Below are positions 28,586 through 37,452 of a DNA stretch of 64,000 nt, one piece after another. Numbering within the stretch: the stretch's first letter is position 1; every line of letters begins with the position of its first letter. The stretch covers positions 1,580-65,579 of the forward strand of contig DDKM01000060.1 of the NCBI GenBank assembly GCA_002339345.1, given 5' to 3'. Origin of the DNA: Firmicutes bacterium UBA2598 (lineage in GTDB: Bacteria; Bacillota; PH28-bin88). A program made the translations under genes and the position numbers. The notes below the pieces were generated by a model. It was given only the letters and a program-made list of their open reading frames with translations. It did not search any database and had not been told where the DNA came from.

Positions 28586-29362
28586 CTAACCGGCCGCGCG
28601 TTCCGCGGCGGCCAGTGCCGCTCCAAGGGCGCTGACATATTCCGGTTCCCCGGGTACCAGCACAGCCATTTCCAGGCCCTCTCCCAGGGCTTTGACGAAT
28701 CCCACATTGCGACCTACCCCGCCGGTCATGACCAGGTCCTTTTCCACACCTACCCGGCGGGCCATGGAAATAATCCTACTGGCAATGGCGTCGTGCACCG
28801 CCTTGGAAATGTCCTCTTTGGTCACCCGGGAATGAATGAGGGATACCACCTCCGATTCAGCAAAAACGGCACACTGGGCGTTCATGGGGATTACCTTGGA
28901 TGACTGCAGGGCCAAGGGCCCCATCTCTTCCAGGGGAACTTCCAGTGCCCTGGCCATAGCCTCGGTAAAGGAACCCGCTCCGGCGGCACACTTTTCATTG
29001 ATGGCAAAGTCCACAATCCGGCCCTTTTCATCACACTTGATGGCCCGGCCTTCCTCCGCCCCCACATCGATGATGGTCCGGCCAGATGGGAACAGGAATA
29101 CCGCTCCCTTCGCATCTGCGCCCACTTCGGTGATGGTGTCGTTGGCGAAGGTTACCGCACCTTTGCCTGCCCCCGTGGCCAGCACGCACCGGACCTCTTC
29201 CCTGGCCACACCAGCCTCCGCCAGCGCCCTGGTATAGGCCTCCTCCGCAGCCTGCTGCTGATCAAAGCCGCTTAAAACCATGTATTTGGACAGCACCTGA
29301 CCATCCTTCATCACCACTACCTTGGTATACTTGTTGCCCACATCTACGCCAGCGGTGATCAT
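28586..29362 (-). CDS. bzdP: benzoyl-CoA reductase ATP-binding subunit (BcrAD_BadFG family; BzdP/BcrD position)
   Basis: Motifs are MITAGVDVGNKYTKVVVM, DVGAEEGRAI, NEKCAAGAGSF and MTGGVGRN. The ATG at 29362 follows a GGAGGGGGG SD. The tracked start at 29455 overlaps bzdO. Confidence 0.8.
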   Translation of the reverse strand: MITAGVDVGNKYTKVVVMKDGQVLSKYMVLSGFDQQQAAEEAYTRALAEAGVAREEVRCVLATGAGKGAVTFANDTITEVGADAKGAVFLFPSGRTIIDVGAEEGRAIKCDEKGRIVDFAINEKCAAGAGSFTEAMARALEVPLEEMGPLALQSSKVIPMNAQCAVFAESEVVSLIHSRVTKEDISKAVHDAIASRIISMARRVGVEKDLVMTGGVGRNVGFVKALGEGLEMAVLVPGEPEYVSALGAALAAAERAAG

Positions 29363-29384
29363 GTTTACCCCCCTCCATTGATAA

Positions 29385-30698
29385 CTAGTAAAGTTTTTTA
29401 TACCCCATGCTTTCCATAAAGGTGTCGATACGCGCCAGCACACTGACCTCATCAAACTCCCGTTCGTCCCCCATGTTGCCTTCGAAGGTCATTACCGGAA
29501 AGCCCTCCTTCAACAACCCCAGTCGGTTCTCGGCAATCCCACAGCTTAAGCCCTCACATCCCCGGTTGTAGTGCAGCATAATCCCGTCCAGCTTCCACTC
29601 CCTGGCAATGCGGGCCATCATATCGGTTTTCAGTTGTGGATGGTAAAAGTGCTGCCATTCTGGTTTGCTTAAATTCCATTCCGCGATGATCATCAGGGCC
29701 TGGTCCCTGGTTTTGATTTCAATGCCCTTGGCCATGGGAGTTGTACGGGGTCCCCAGGTGCCATCCTCCTTGATCTCCCAAATGCCTTCCAGGCCAAAGG
29801 TGTAGAGGGAACCCACCGAAACGGCGCCGTACCGCTCCAGGTACCGAAATACTTTTAGGAAGCCCCAGGGTGGCTGGGTGTCGGACATCAATCGGCATTG
29901 TTCATTGCCGACGGCGGCAATCCCGCGGGCTACCCGGTCCTGCACTTCATCCCGTAGCTCTGTGTAGAAATCCACCACCTTTTTGTTGGCCTTCATCAGG
30001 GTGCCGAAGACATAAAGGGAATACATGGCCTTTTCATCCAGTGGAGCAGGCACCGCCTTGTTCAGGGTACAGATTTCCGCCCAGAGGGAGGTGGAAAGGC
30101 ACTCATTCTTGACCGCCTGGATAAATTTCTCGTCGTCAAATTTCCGTCCCGTAACCTTTTCCAACCATTCAATGCCATCGGCCAGTTGATCAGCCACGTA
30201 CTTGATTTTGTGTTCCGTCAGCTGGTGATAAGGGCCAACGCCCACATCCACACAGTACATGGGAATATCCGGTTCCAGATCCGTCACCACCTGGTACCAC
30301 TTGGCATGGCTGCAACAGATGTGGTCCTGCCAGATAAAATCCGGCTTGGGATACCCTCCCCCCCAGGGGTACTTGTCAAGCAGGATGGATCCCCAGTAAA
30401 TCCGCATGTAGGAGCACAGATCCCGGGGATAACCGGCTTTTTCCGCCGCTTCCATGCATTGCAGTGCCAATTCCTTGTTAAAGGCGATGGACGCCCCGTA
30501 TGGTTCACTGGTTAGCATGTATACATCATCGCCAAGACCATATGGGATGGCGTCAAAGGTCCAGGCGCCGCCAGCCCAGCGCAAACCGCCCCTGGCCTTG
30601 GCATCCCGGTAGTTCAGGTAGTATTCCTCCCTGAGTTCTTTGGCCTTTCCCCAGCACCTCAGCGCTTCTGTGGGATATCGTTGACTTCCCATGGCCAT
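29385..30698 (-). CDS. bzdO: benzoyl-CoA reductase catalytic-module subunit (BcrB/BadE/BzdO type)
   Basis: [31 protein letters not shown] and [11 protein letters not shown] are typical of the BCR beta subunit. The length is 437 aa. Confidence 0.8.
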   Translation of the reverse strand: MAMGSQRYPTEALRCWGKAKELREEYYLNYRDAKARGGLRWAGGAWTFDAIPYGLGDDVYMLTSEPYGASIAFNKELALQCMEAAEKAGYPRDLCSYMRIYWGSILLDKYPWGGGYPKPDFIWQDHICCSHAKWYQVVTDLEPDIPMYCVDVGVGPYHQLTEHKIKYVADQLADGIEWLEKVTGRKFDDEKFIQAVKNECLSTSLWAEICTLNKAVPAPLDEKAMYSLYVFGTLMKANKKVVDFYTELRDEVQDRVARGIAAVGNEQCRLMSDTQPPWGFLKVFRYLERYGAVSVGSLYTFGLEGIWEIKEDGTWGPRTTPMAKGIEIKTRDQALMIIAEWNLSKPEWQHFYHPQLKTDMMARIAREWKLDGIMLHYNRGCEGLSCGIAENRLGLLKEGFPVMTFEGNMGDEREFDEVSVLARIDTFMESMGYKKLY

Positions 30699-30739
30699 AC
30701 CTCCATTTCTAAGTTCCTGGTGATCAGCGGATGAGGCGG

Positions 30740-31864
30740 TTAGAACAGATCTTCCTGCCGGAGCATTTCCAGGAAGGCCTCCACCCTGATCCTGAAAGGC
30801 CCCAGAGGAACGGTGACATCAAACTCCAGAAACAGGGTGGGGATACCCCTTTCCTGTAGGGCCTTTTGGAAGGCCACAATATCTGCCTCATGGGGATCGC
30901 AGAACTTCTGCTGGACCACGATGGCTCCCTGTACACCCCACTCCCTGGCCATTTCCAACACCCATTCAAGGCGCCTGCGCTTGGGCCAGTCCTTGGTGGG
31001 ACATGGCGGCCGGTCCACATAGCGGGCGGCGATGGCAGCCAAGCGGTCTTCCTGCCATTCCACTTCATTCCAGAAATAACGGCTGCCGGTGCAGTGGTCC
31101 TCGATGACAAAGGTGGCCCCCAGCACCGTTTCTACCATGTTCATGAAGGCGGTGTCGTCATTTTCACTGCCCAGGATCATCAAGCGGTCCCCAGTCCGGC
31201 GTTCCAGTTTCCGGTTAGGCAGCTCCGCCAGGATTTCCCCAAGTCCCTTGTTGTGTTCCACCTTGTCGGTCATCTGGCTGGCCAGCACCATGTACATAGC
31301 CTCCAGACCGGTAACGGGCACCTCCTCCCGTTTTCTTAATTCATATACCTGGCGCATGAGGCGGCGGTTGGTGTTCATAATTTCAATGCCTCGGTCCAGG
31401 TCCTGGTCGGTGATGGTTTTGCCGGTCCAATCCTCCAGGGCTTTTTTAAAAGCCGCCAATTCCTCCCGTAAAAAGGGGTAAGCCCGCGGGCTCTGGACAT
31501 GATGCGGCATGGGCAGGAAATAGCTGAACTCCCTGGGCACATGGATGTCCCAGCTGGTGAAGGCCTGGCGGATATGCAAGCAGGACTGGGCAATCATAAT
31601 ACCATCCAGGTAGTCATAGCGGCCCTTCAGCCCCTGGGCAAGACAGTCCCGGCAGAATGGGCAATACATACCGAAGATGTGGGGCTCGGTGACATCCTGG
31701 GGCTCATGGCTGCCCAAGATACGTACCGGTAGCATGCCAGCGGCGTAAATAAGCTCTTCCGGTACATAAGTGCAAAAATAACCGATCACCTTTCCACCGG
31801 TTTTTTCCTTCCACTCCCTGGCATAACGATGCCTGTCATGATACCATTCCCGAAAGATATCCAC
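30740..31864 (-). CDS. bzdN: benzoyl-CoA reductase catalytic-module subunit (BcrC/BadD/BzdN type)
   Basis: Motifs are [31 protein letters not shown] and KFCDPH (HgdB/BcrC family). It is the first gene of the operon. Confidence 0.8.
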   Translation of the reverse strand: MDIFREWYHDRHRYAREWKEKTGGKVIGYFCTYVPEELIYAAGMLPVRILGSHEPQDVTEPHIFGMYCPFCRDCLAQGLKGRYDYLDGIMIAQSCLHIRQAFTSWDIHVPREFSYFLPMPHHVQSPRAYPFLREELAAFKKALEDWTGKTITDQDLDRGIEIMNTNRRLMRQVYELRKREEVPVTGLEAMYMVLASQMTDKVEHNKGLGEILAELPNRKLERRTGDRLMILGSENDDTAFMNMVETVLGATFVIEDHCTGSRYFWNEVEWQEDRLAAIAARYVDRPPCPTKDWPKRRRLEWVLEMAREWGVQGAIVVQQKFCDPHEADIVAFQKALQERGIPTLFLEFDVTVPLGPFRIRVEAFLEMLRQEDLF

Positions 31865-32169
31865 CCTTCATCCCCTCTCCCGTTTCGACTGTATGAATAT
31901 TTCTGATTATCGTACTACACACCCCTTTCCCACAGTGCTTTTTGAATTTAAGGAGGTTGTGGTTGTCAACTTGATTATAGAAAACCGGATCTGCCCTTTG
32001 TATCGCCATAAAGCATGGAAAAAGGTTATAATTTGGTGCTGCCCGTGGGTTACTCCAAAGGGGTGAGGGAAATCACCCGGGTGAATTGTAAAATTTAAGC
32101 AGGAAATTTCTCGTAAATGTTATAATATAAGAAAAATATCTTAATATTTTGGAAATTGGGGGTAATAAC

Positions 32170-33882
32170 ATGCCGCCCGCTATGGATGAACTGCCAGAAC
32201 TGATTATGGTGTGCCGGATTGCCCCCCCCTTTAAAGCCACCAAAAAGGCCAGGATCACACTGCAAAAAATCCTCCAGTCAGCAGTGGATTATCTGGACTT
32301 CCGCTGCGCATTTCTGGCACTAATCAGCAACCAGCGGCCGTCCCTCTTCCTGCAGGCGGTAAGGGACCAAAGGGAAAGGGCAGGGCTTACCGCCGGGCAG
32401 CCCACCACCAACCCCCTTCCCTTTGTCATTGACGCCGATTACAGTGGTGACTGCCTGTCCCGGCTGCAACCGGCAGCCAGGGCAACCTTATCGGTGGTTC
32501 TGCGGGCGGGGGATCCCCTTGGGAGCATGGAGGTCGGCGTTGTTGGCCCAACTGCGGAAATGGCGGACAACTTCCTGAACAAGGCCCTGTCTATCGGACG
32601 CCATGTAGCGGATACGATACAGGATTCCTTTTTCATTAAACAAAAGGACCGCGGATTACGCAGGCTGTCCCTATGGCTAGAAACCGTTTCCGCCATCAGT
32701 TCCACCCTGAATATCAACCAGGTGATGCACGTGGTAACCCAGTTGGCAGCAGACCTGTTTTCCGCCCGCTGCTGCATTTTCCTCTTCAATGACCAGGATG
32801 GCTCATTGGTGCCCGCAGTGGCCGTGGGTAGTTACGATCCGGTTGTGAAGAAAAAATGGAAGGCCCTGAAGGGCTGTTCCCCCTTTCCCGCTATCCTTGA
32901 CCTAATCAAAACACGCGAAACGGTGGTATTGACCCCCGAAAACATCCAAAATGGTATGCCCCAGGGCATGATAGATGATTTTTCCTATGCCCGGGTGGTA
33001 ATTGCGCCCATAACCTTTAAAGACAAGGTATTCGGGGTAATGCAGGTGGACCGCCCTATCCAGGGAAAGGAATTCAGCCAAGAGGAAATCGCCATCATTT
33101 CCGCCATCGCCAAGGAAACGGCGGTAGCCATGGAGAATGCCAAACTGATCGAAACTCTGGCCCAAAAGGAACAACTGCTGCACCAGTTATACAATAACCT
33201 CATCTGCGCCCAGGAAGATGAGCGCAAAAGGGTGGCTTCAGAAATCCATGACGGGGTGATCCAAGCCCTCCTTGGCATCTGGTACAGGATGGAGCATCTC
33301 ACCGGTTGCGGAAGCCCGCATAAGATCAACTTCCAGGAGGAAATGTCCCGGTTGAAGGACCTGCTGGGGGAACAGATCCAGAACATCCGCCAGATCGTAT
33401 ACAACCTCCGCCCGGTTATGCTGGACACTTACGGTCTAGGTCCAGCGGTGCGCAGCCTTTTGCGCAATCTACAGGAGGAAAGCGGCATCACCTTTGAACT
33501 GGCTATGGAGAGTGCCAACTACCGGCTGCCGACCAACTTTGAAGTAGCCCTGTACCGAATCCTACAGGAACTGCTGGCCAATGTAGTTAAACATTCCCAG
33601 GCCACCAAAAGTCAAGTGATGCTGATTGTGGGGCAGGATCAAACGGTACTAGTGGTCAGGGATAACGGTACCGGCTTTGACCGCTTGCAAATCAAACGGT
33701 GGCCGCCGCCGGGAAACCACCTGGGTCTGGCCAGCATTCAGGAAAGGGTGCTTTTGCTGGGAGGAACCTGTGCCATTAACTCCCAACTGGGATGGGGTAC
33801 CACCATCACCATCCAGGTGCCCACTCCCCAGCCGTCGGAAGGAGGGACTGCCCATGCCAAAAATAAACTTGCTCATTGTTGA
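32170..33882 (+). CDS. GAF-domain sensor histidine kinase (HisKA_3 / NarX-DegS type)
   Basis: A GAF-like core is present (CCIFLFNDQDGSLVPAVAVG...VFGVMQVDRP). The H-box is EDERKRVASEIHDGVIQ, followed by a HATPase_c domain (VVRDNGTGF). The ATG at 32170 follows a GGGGG SD. Confidence 0.85.
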   Translation: MPPAMDELPELIMVCRIAPPFKATKKARITLQKILQSAVDYLDFRCAFLALISNQRPSLFLQAVRDQRERAGLTAGQPTTNPLPFVIDADYSGDCLSRLQPAARATLSVVLRAGDPLGSMEVGVVGPTAEMADNFLNKALSIGRHVADTIQDSFFIKQKDRGLRRLSLWLETVSAISSTLNINQVMHVVTQLAADLFSARCCIFLFNDQDGSLVPAVAVGSYDPVVKKKWKALKGCSPFPAILDLIKTRETVVLTPENIQNGMPQGMIDDFSYARVVIAPITFKDKVFGVMQVDRPIQGKEFSQEEIAIISAIAKETAVAMENAKLIETLAQKEQLLHQLYNNLICAQEDERKRVASEIHDGVIQALLGIWYRMEHLTGCGSPHKINFQEEMSRLKDLLGEQIQNIRQIVYNLRPVMLDTYGLGPAVRSLLRNLQEESGITFELAMESANYRLPTNFEVALYRILQELLANVVKHSQATKSQVMLIVGQDQTVLVVRDNGTGFDRLQIKRWPPPGNHLGLASIQERVLLLGGTCAINSQLGWGTTITIQVPTPQPSEGGTAHAKNKLAHC

Positions 33883-34519
33883 TGATCATCCCATGATCCG
33901 GGAAGGACTGGTCACCATGCTCGCCCATTTTTCCGACATTCAAATCATAGGCACCTGTGCTGACGGGCAGGAAGCGATAGAAGCCGTAAAGGAAAACCTT
34001 CCCGATGTGATTCTGATGGACTTGAAGATGGTAAAAATGAACGGTATTGAGACCACCCGTGAAATCGTTTCCCGTTATCCGGGAGTAAGGGTGATTATCC
34101 TGACCATCTATGAGGATGCCGATTCCGTACGGCTGGCACTGCAGGCAGGAGCCTCTGGCTATGTGCTAAAACAGGCATCCCGCGAAAAGCTAGTGGAAAG
34201 CATCAGGCTTGTGCACAGGGGCAACCCCATTATCGATACTACTCTATTAAGCCAGTTGGTGATTGATTATACCCGCATGGCCAAGGAAGCCGCCACCCAT
34301 GGGCAAACCCAGGTCGCCGATGACAATAAGCGGCTGAGCACCCGGGAGAATGAAATTGCCCGGTTGTTAGCCCAGGGCCTGACCAACAAGGAAATATCCG
34401 CGAAAACACACCTGGCGGTGGATACCGTCAAAACCCACTTGCGCAATATATACCGTAAACTGGGGGCGAAAAACCGCTCCCAGGCCATTACCCTCATCAG
34501 CCGGAAAATCAGTTTATAA
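33854..34519 (+). CDS. NarL/LuxR-family response regulator
   Basis: The receiver domain shows MPKINLLIVDDHPMIREGL and DVILMDLKM. The C-terminus has a LuxR HTH (LSTRENEIARLLAQGLTNKEISAKTHLAVDTVKTHL). The ATG at 33854 follows a GGAAGGAGGG SD and overlaps the kinase 3' end. Confidence 0.9.
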   Translation: MPKINLLIVDDHPMIREGLVTMLAHFSDIQIIGTCADGQEAIEAVKENLPDVILMDLKMVKMNGIETTREIVSRYPGVRVIILTIYEDADSVRLALQAGASGYVLKQASREKLVESIRLVHRGNPIIDTTLLSQLVIDYTRMAKEAATHGQTQVADDNKRLSTRENEIARLLAQGLTNKEISAKTHLAVDTVKTHLRNIYRKLGAKNRSQAITLISRKISL

Positions 34520-34548
34520 ACGGCGGCGCCCATAATGGCGCCGCCGTT
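34518..34548. terminator. bidirectional terminator hairpin between convergent genes
   Basis: The sequence AAACGGCGGCGCC-cataat-GGCGCCGCCGTTT has A/T tracts on both sides. It lies exactly between the response-regulator stop and the PaaY-like gene stop. Confidence 0.8.
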
Positions 34549-35097
34549 TCATTCCGGCACCCGGCATGCCGCCGAATCAATCTCCTGCAAGCCCCGGTGG
34601 CAGCGGGGCGGCAGAGCCAGGTAGTAGCCGGTGGCCTTTGCCAGTTGCCCGGCCATGGTCTCGGTAACATCCCCCGCCACCCTGGCTGGCGACCCCAGCA
34701 CCAGTTTGCGGGGAGGTATGGATGTGTCCTCTGTCAGCAGGGAACCAGCGCCAATGCAGCAGCCGTCCCCTACAGTTACCCCGTCCATGAGGATGGAACC
34801 CATTCCCACCAGCACATGCTCCCCCAGGGTGACTGTATGCAGGATTGCACCATGCCCGATGTGGCTGCGGGGTCCAAGGCGGGAAACCTGGCCGGGGTAG
34901 ACGTGGATGACACAGTTTTCCTGGATGTTGGAACCATCCCCGATCACCACGGCACCCCAATCCCCCCGGATCCTGGCCCCAGCTCCGACATAACAACCTG
35001 CTCCGATGGTGACATCTCCGATGATGGTAGCTTCCGGGTGGATAAAGGTACCCCTGCCGATAACGGGTTTTTTTCCTTCAAATTGAAAGATGGCCAT
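34549..35097 (-). CDS. hexapeptide-repeat (gamma-carbonic-anhydrase-like) protein of the PaaY/CaiE type
   Basis: The left-handed beta-helix repeats are visible (IHPEATIIGDVTIGAGCYVGAGARIRGDWGAVVIGDGSNIQENCVIH). Confidence 0.8.
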   Translation of the reverse strand: MAIFQFEGKKPVIGRGTFIHPEATIIGDVTIGAGCYVGAGARIRGDWGAVVIGDGSNIQENCVIHVYPGQVSRLGPRSHIGHGAILHTVTLGEHVLVGMGSILMDGVTVGDGCCIGAGSLLTEDTSIPPRKLVLGSPARVAGDVTETMAGQLAKATGYYLALPPRCHRGLQEIDSAACRVPE

Positions 35098-35176
35098 CTA
35101 TTACCATCCCACCCCATTTTACTAACTGTCCCATGCCTGAAGGGACACCGCCGCCGGGAAAACCTGCGCTCCCAAA

Positions 35177-35662
35177 TTACTCCTGCGGATAAGCCTTCTC
35201 AAAGGCAAAGAACACCCGTTCCTGCAGGATGACCGCCCCCTTTTTGCCTTCCACCGGCAGGGGATCCACAGAAAAAATCACCAGCTTGACCTGGTCCCCC
35301 TCCTGTAAATCTCCCATCTTGCAGTTGATGACCCTGGCAAAGAGGGTCAAGGACCCATCAAGGTCAATCAAGGCATGGATAAGGGGTGTTTCAAAACCCA
35401 GGGGCACCCCCACCTCTTCCTCCGTCACCACCAGTACCTTCCCCCTGGTGGGCAGGTCCACCCACTCCAGGGTATCGGACAGGCAGTCCGGGCAGACCAC
35501 CCGGGGTGGAAAGGCCACCTTAGCGCATCGGAGACACCGGGTGGTGGTCAGCCGTCCCTGTTTGAGGTTATCGTAAAAGGGATAAATACGGTTAAAATCC
35601 TTGCTCTGGAGAGGGTACATATCCATTGTGACGGCGTATTTGCCTTCCAGCACCGAGTTCAT
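35177..35662 (-). CDS. DUF35 Zn-ribbon/OB-fold protein (thiolase partner, BbsA-like)
   Basis: The rubredoxin-like motif is CLRCAKVAFPPRVVCPDC, followed by an OB-fold. The gene overlaps the upstream thiolase gene by 4 nt. Confidence 0.8.
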   Translation of the reverse strand: MNSVLEGKYAVTMDMYPLQSKDFNRIYPFYDNLKQGRLTTTRCLRCAKVAFPPRVVCPDCLSDTLEWVDLPTRGKVLVVTEEEVGVPLGFETPLIHALIDLDGSLTLFARVINCKMGDLQEGDQVKLVIFSVDPLPVEGKKGAVILQERVFFAFEKAYPQE

Positions 35663-36831
35663 TCCAAATCCCTCCCGTAAATAACGACGGTATGGGCGGC
35701 GATGAAGCCGCTCAGGTTATGGGTAAGACCAATACGTGCCCCTTCCACCTGCCGAGCGGCATCTCCCCTGAGTTGGCGCATGATCTCCGTAGCCTGCCGG
35801 ATACCGGTGGCGGCAAAGGGGTGGCCACAGCTCAACAGGCCGCCATCGGTGTTCACCGGCACCCTACCCCCGAAGTCCGAATGACCCTCCTGGATAAAGA
35901 ACCCGCCCTCCCCCTTCTGGCAAAAACCGAGTTCCTCGTATTCGATGATCTCCGAAATGGTGAAACAATCATGGGTTTGGGCCACATCGATATCCTGGGG
36001 TTTGATCCTGGCCTTGCGGTAAGCCTGTTGGGCGGCAATCTGCAAACTTTCCCAGGTGGTCCAGTTGGAAAAATTGGCGGACATGTTGTGCAAGGTGGCC
36101 TGGCCGGTACCTCTGATGTATACCAGGGGTTTATCGGTCATGTACCTGGCTTTTTCCTCAACGGCCAGGATTACCGCCGCCGCCCCATCGGTTACAGGGC
36201 AGCAGTCATACAGTTTGAGGGGGCGCACGATGGCCCTAGCCTCCATGGCCGTAGCCAGGGTGATCTCCTCCCTGAACTGTCCTTTTACATTGTTCATTCC
36301 GTTGCGCCGGTTTTTCACCGACACCAGCGCCATCTGTTCCTCGGTGGTGCCATAGAGTTTCATGTGCTGTATAGCCACTGCGGCAAACACCGAAGGCGGC
36401 AGCCCCAACCCCATGGCCCCGTCCCAGTCGTGATCCACCGAGGCCAGTTCACTGTAACCGATTTCCCACTTCTGGGGAGTGTACAGCTTTTCCCCGCCCA
36501 CCACCATCACCACATCCGCTTCACCGCTTTTGATCATGGCATAGGCCAGGATGATCCCGCTGCTGCCGGTGGCACAGAGGAGCTCCACCCGGGCGCAAAT
36601 ATTTTTGGGTTTAATACCCAGATACTCCGCCACCAGCGGCGCCAGGTGGGTTTGGAAGGAACAGCGTTCAGTATAGGCGGAGCCAACGATCAGGCCGTCA
36701 ATATCCTTGTTGGTAACAGCCGGGTTGTCATCAAAACACGCTTTACCCGCCTCCTGGAACATATCCCGCTGGGTGGCGTTACGCACCCCCCACTGGGATT
36801 GCCCGCCCGCTATGATACACACGTTGCGCAT
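35659..36831 (-). CDS. thiolase-superfamily protein of the DUF35-associated (SCP-x / BbsB-like) type
   Basis: The N-terminus is MRNVCIIAGGQSQWG. The catalytic Cys region is VELLCATGSS, and the C-terminus carries GHPFAATG. The ATG at 36831 follows a GGAGGGGG SD. Confidence 0.8.
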   Translation of the reverse strand: MRNVCIIAGGQSQWGVRNATQRDMFQEAGKACFDDNPAVTNKDIDGLIVGSAYTERCSFQTHLAPLVAEYLGIKPKNICARVELLCATGSSGIILAYAMIKSGEADVVMVVGGEKLYTPQKWEIGYSELASVDHDWDGAMGLGLPPSVFAAVAIQHMKLYGTTEEQMALVSVKNRRNGMNNVKGQFREEITLATAMEARAIVRPLKLYDCCPVTDGAAAVILAVEEKARYMTDKPLVYIRGTGQATLHNMSANFSNWTTWESLQIAAQQAYRKARIKPQDIDVAQTHDCFTISEIIEYEELGFCQKGEGGFFIQEGHSDFGGRVPVNTDGGLLSCGHPFAATGIRQATEIMRQLRGDAARQVEGARIGLTHNLSGFIAAHTVVIYGRDLE

Positions 36832-37433
36832 TGGGATACCCCCTCCATCCACAACTTCCGCCCAGCAGAAAAGGCGGCCCTGTTCGATTCCGCAAATTTG
36901 GCCGGCACCAGCCTTTCAATCACCGGCAGCCAGAAATCCTCCGGATCACCCAGCAGACCGGAAAAAGCACCAAGCAAAACCACTCCCGCCAGGGTCTGAT
37001 TACCCAATTGCCGGGCGACGGTGGTGCCGTCCACCCACCAAATGCGGCTGGCCCGCCGGGCCAGTCTTTGCTGGATTTCCTCCTCTGACGGGTATACCGC
37101 CGTACCCAGATTTACCGAGGGGGGAGCAACGCGGTGCCGGTTAACCATGGCCACACCACCAACAGCCAGGTAGTTGGTCCAGCGGGCTGCTTCAAGCATC
37201 TCCAGTCCCAGCAGGTAGTCCACCTGGCCTGCCTCCACCTGTGGCGAATAAACCCTTTCTCCCCACCGCACATGGCTTTCCACCGCACCTCCCCGCTGGG
37301 ACATGCCATGGACTTCAGCCTTTTTCACATCATAACCGTGCTGTAATCCAACCTCCGCCAGGATATCGCTGGCCAGGATGGTGCCCTGGCCGCCCACCCC
37401 GGCCAGCAGGATGTCCACCTTCCCCCGTGCCAT
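36810..37433 (-). CDS. iorB: indolepyruvate (arylpyruvate):ferredoxin oxidoreductase, beta subunit
   Basis: ILLAGVGGQGTILASDILAEVGL...KKAEVHGMSQRGGAV is the IorB/gamma-domain signature. It lies directly downstream of iorA. Confidence 0.8.
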   Translation of the reverse strand: MARGKVDILLAGVGGQGTILASDILAEVGLQHGYDVKKAEVHGMSQRGGAVESHVRWGERVYSPQVEAGQVDYLLGLEMLEAARWTNYLAVGGVAMVNRHRVAPPSVNLGTAVYPSEEEIQQRLARRASRIWWVDGTTVARQLGNQTLAGVVLLGAFSGLLGDPEDFWLPVIERLVPAKFAESNRAAFSAGRKLWMEGVSQCATCVS

Positions 37434-37452
37434 CTACGTCACCACCCTTTCC

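Noticed and set aside
27849-28589. 246-aa plus-strand ORF
   Set aside because: It is antisense to the bzdQ-like ATPase gene and has the same shadow-ORF characteristics. The many 60-220-aa ORFs antisense to or out of frame with called genes elsewhere in the window, for example 25091-25756 and 20101-20580, were rejected on the same grounds.
30724-31110. 128-aa minus-strand ORF overlapping the 3' part of bzdN
   Set aside because: It is out of frame within a gene that has clear BcrC-family motifs, and its composition is Pro/Ser/Trp/Arg-rich.
31974-32010. Sigma-54 promoter in front of bzdN
   Set aside because: The best minus-strand candidate, TGGCGATACAAAGGGCA, has the GG and GC elements spaced one nucleotide too far apart and lacks TTGC. 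A weak sigma-A-like TACAAA-17-TATAAT fits equally well. I therefore made no confident promoter call for the bzd operon.
35692-36999. 435-aa plus-strand ORF
   Set aside because: It lies entirely antisense to the thiolase and iorB genes, which have clear family signatures. Its translation is Gly/Pro/His/Arg-rich low-complexity sequence with no SD and no recognisable motif. This is a typical shadow ORF of a GC-rich coding region.
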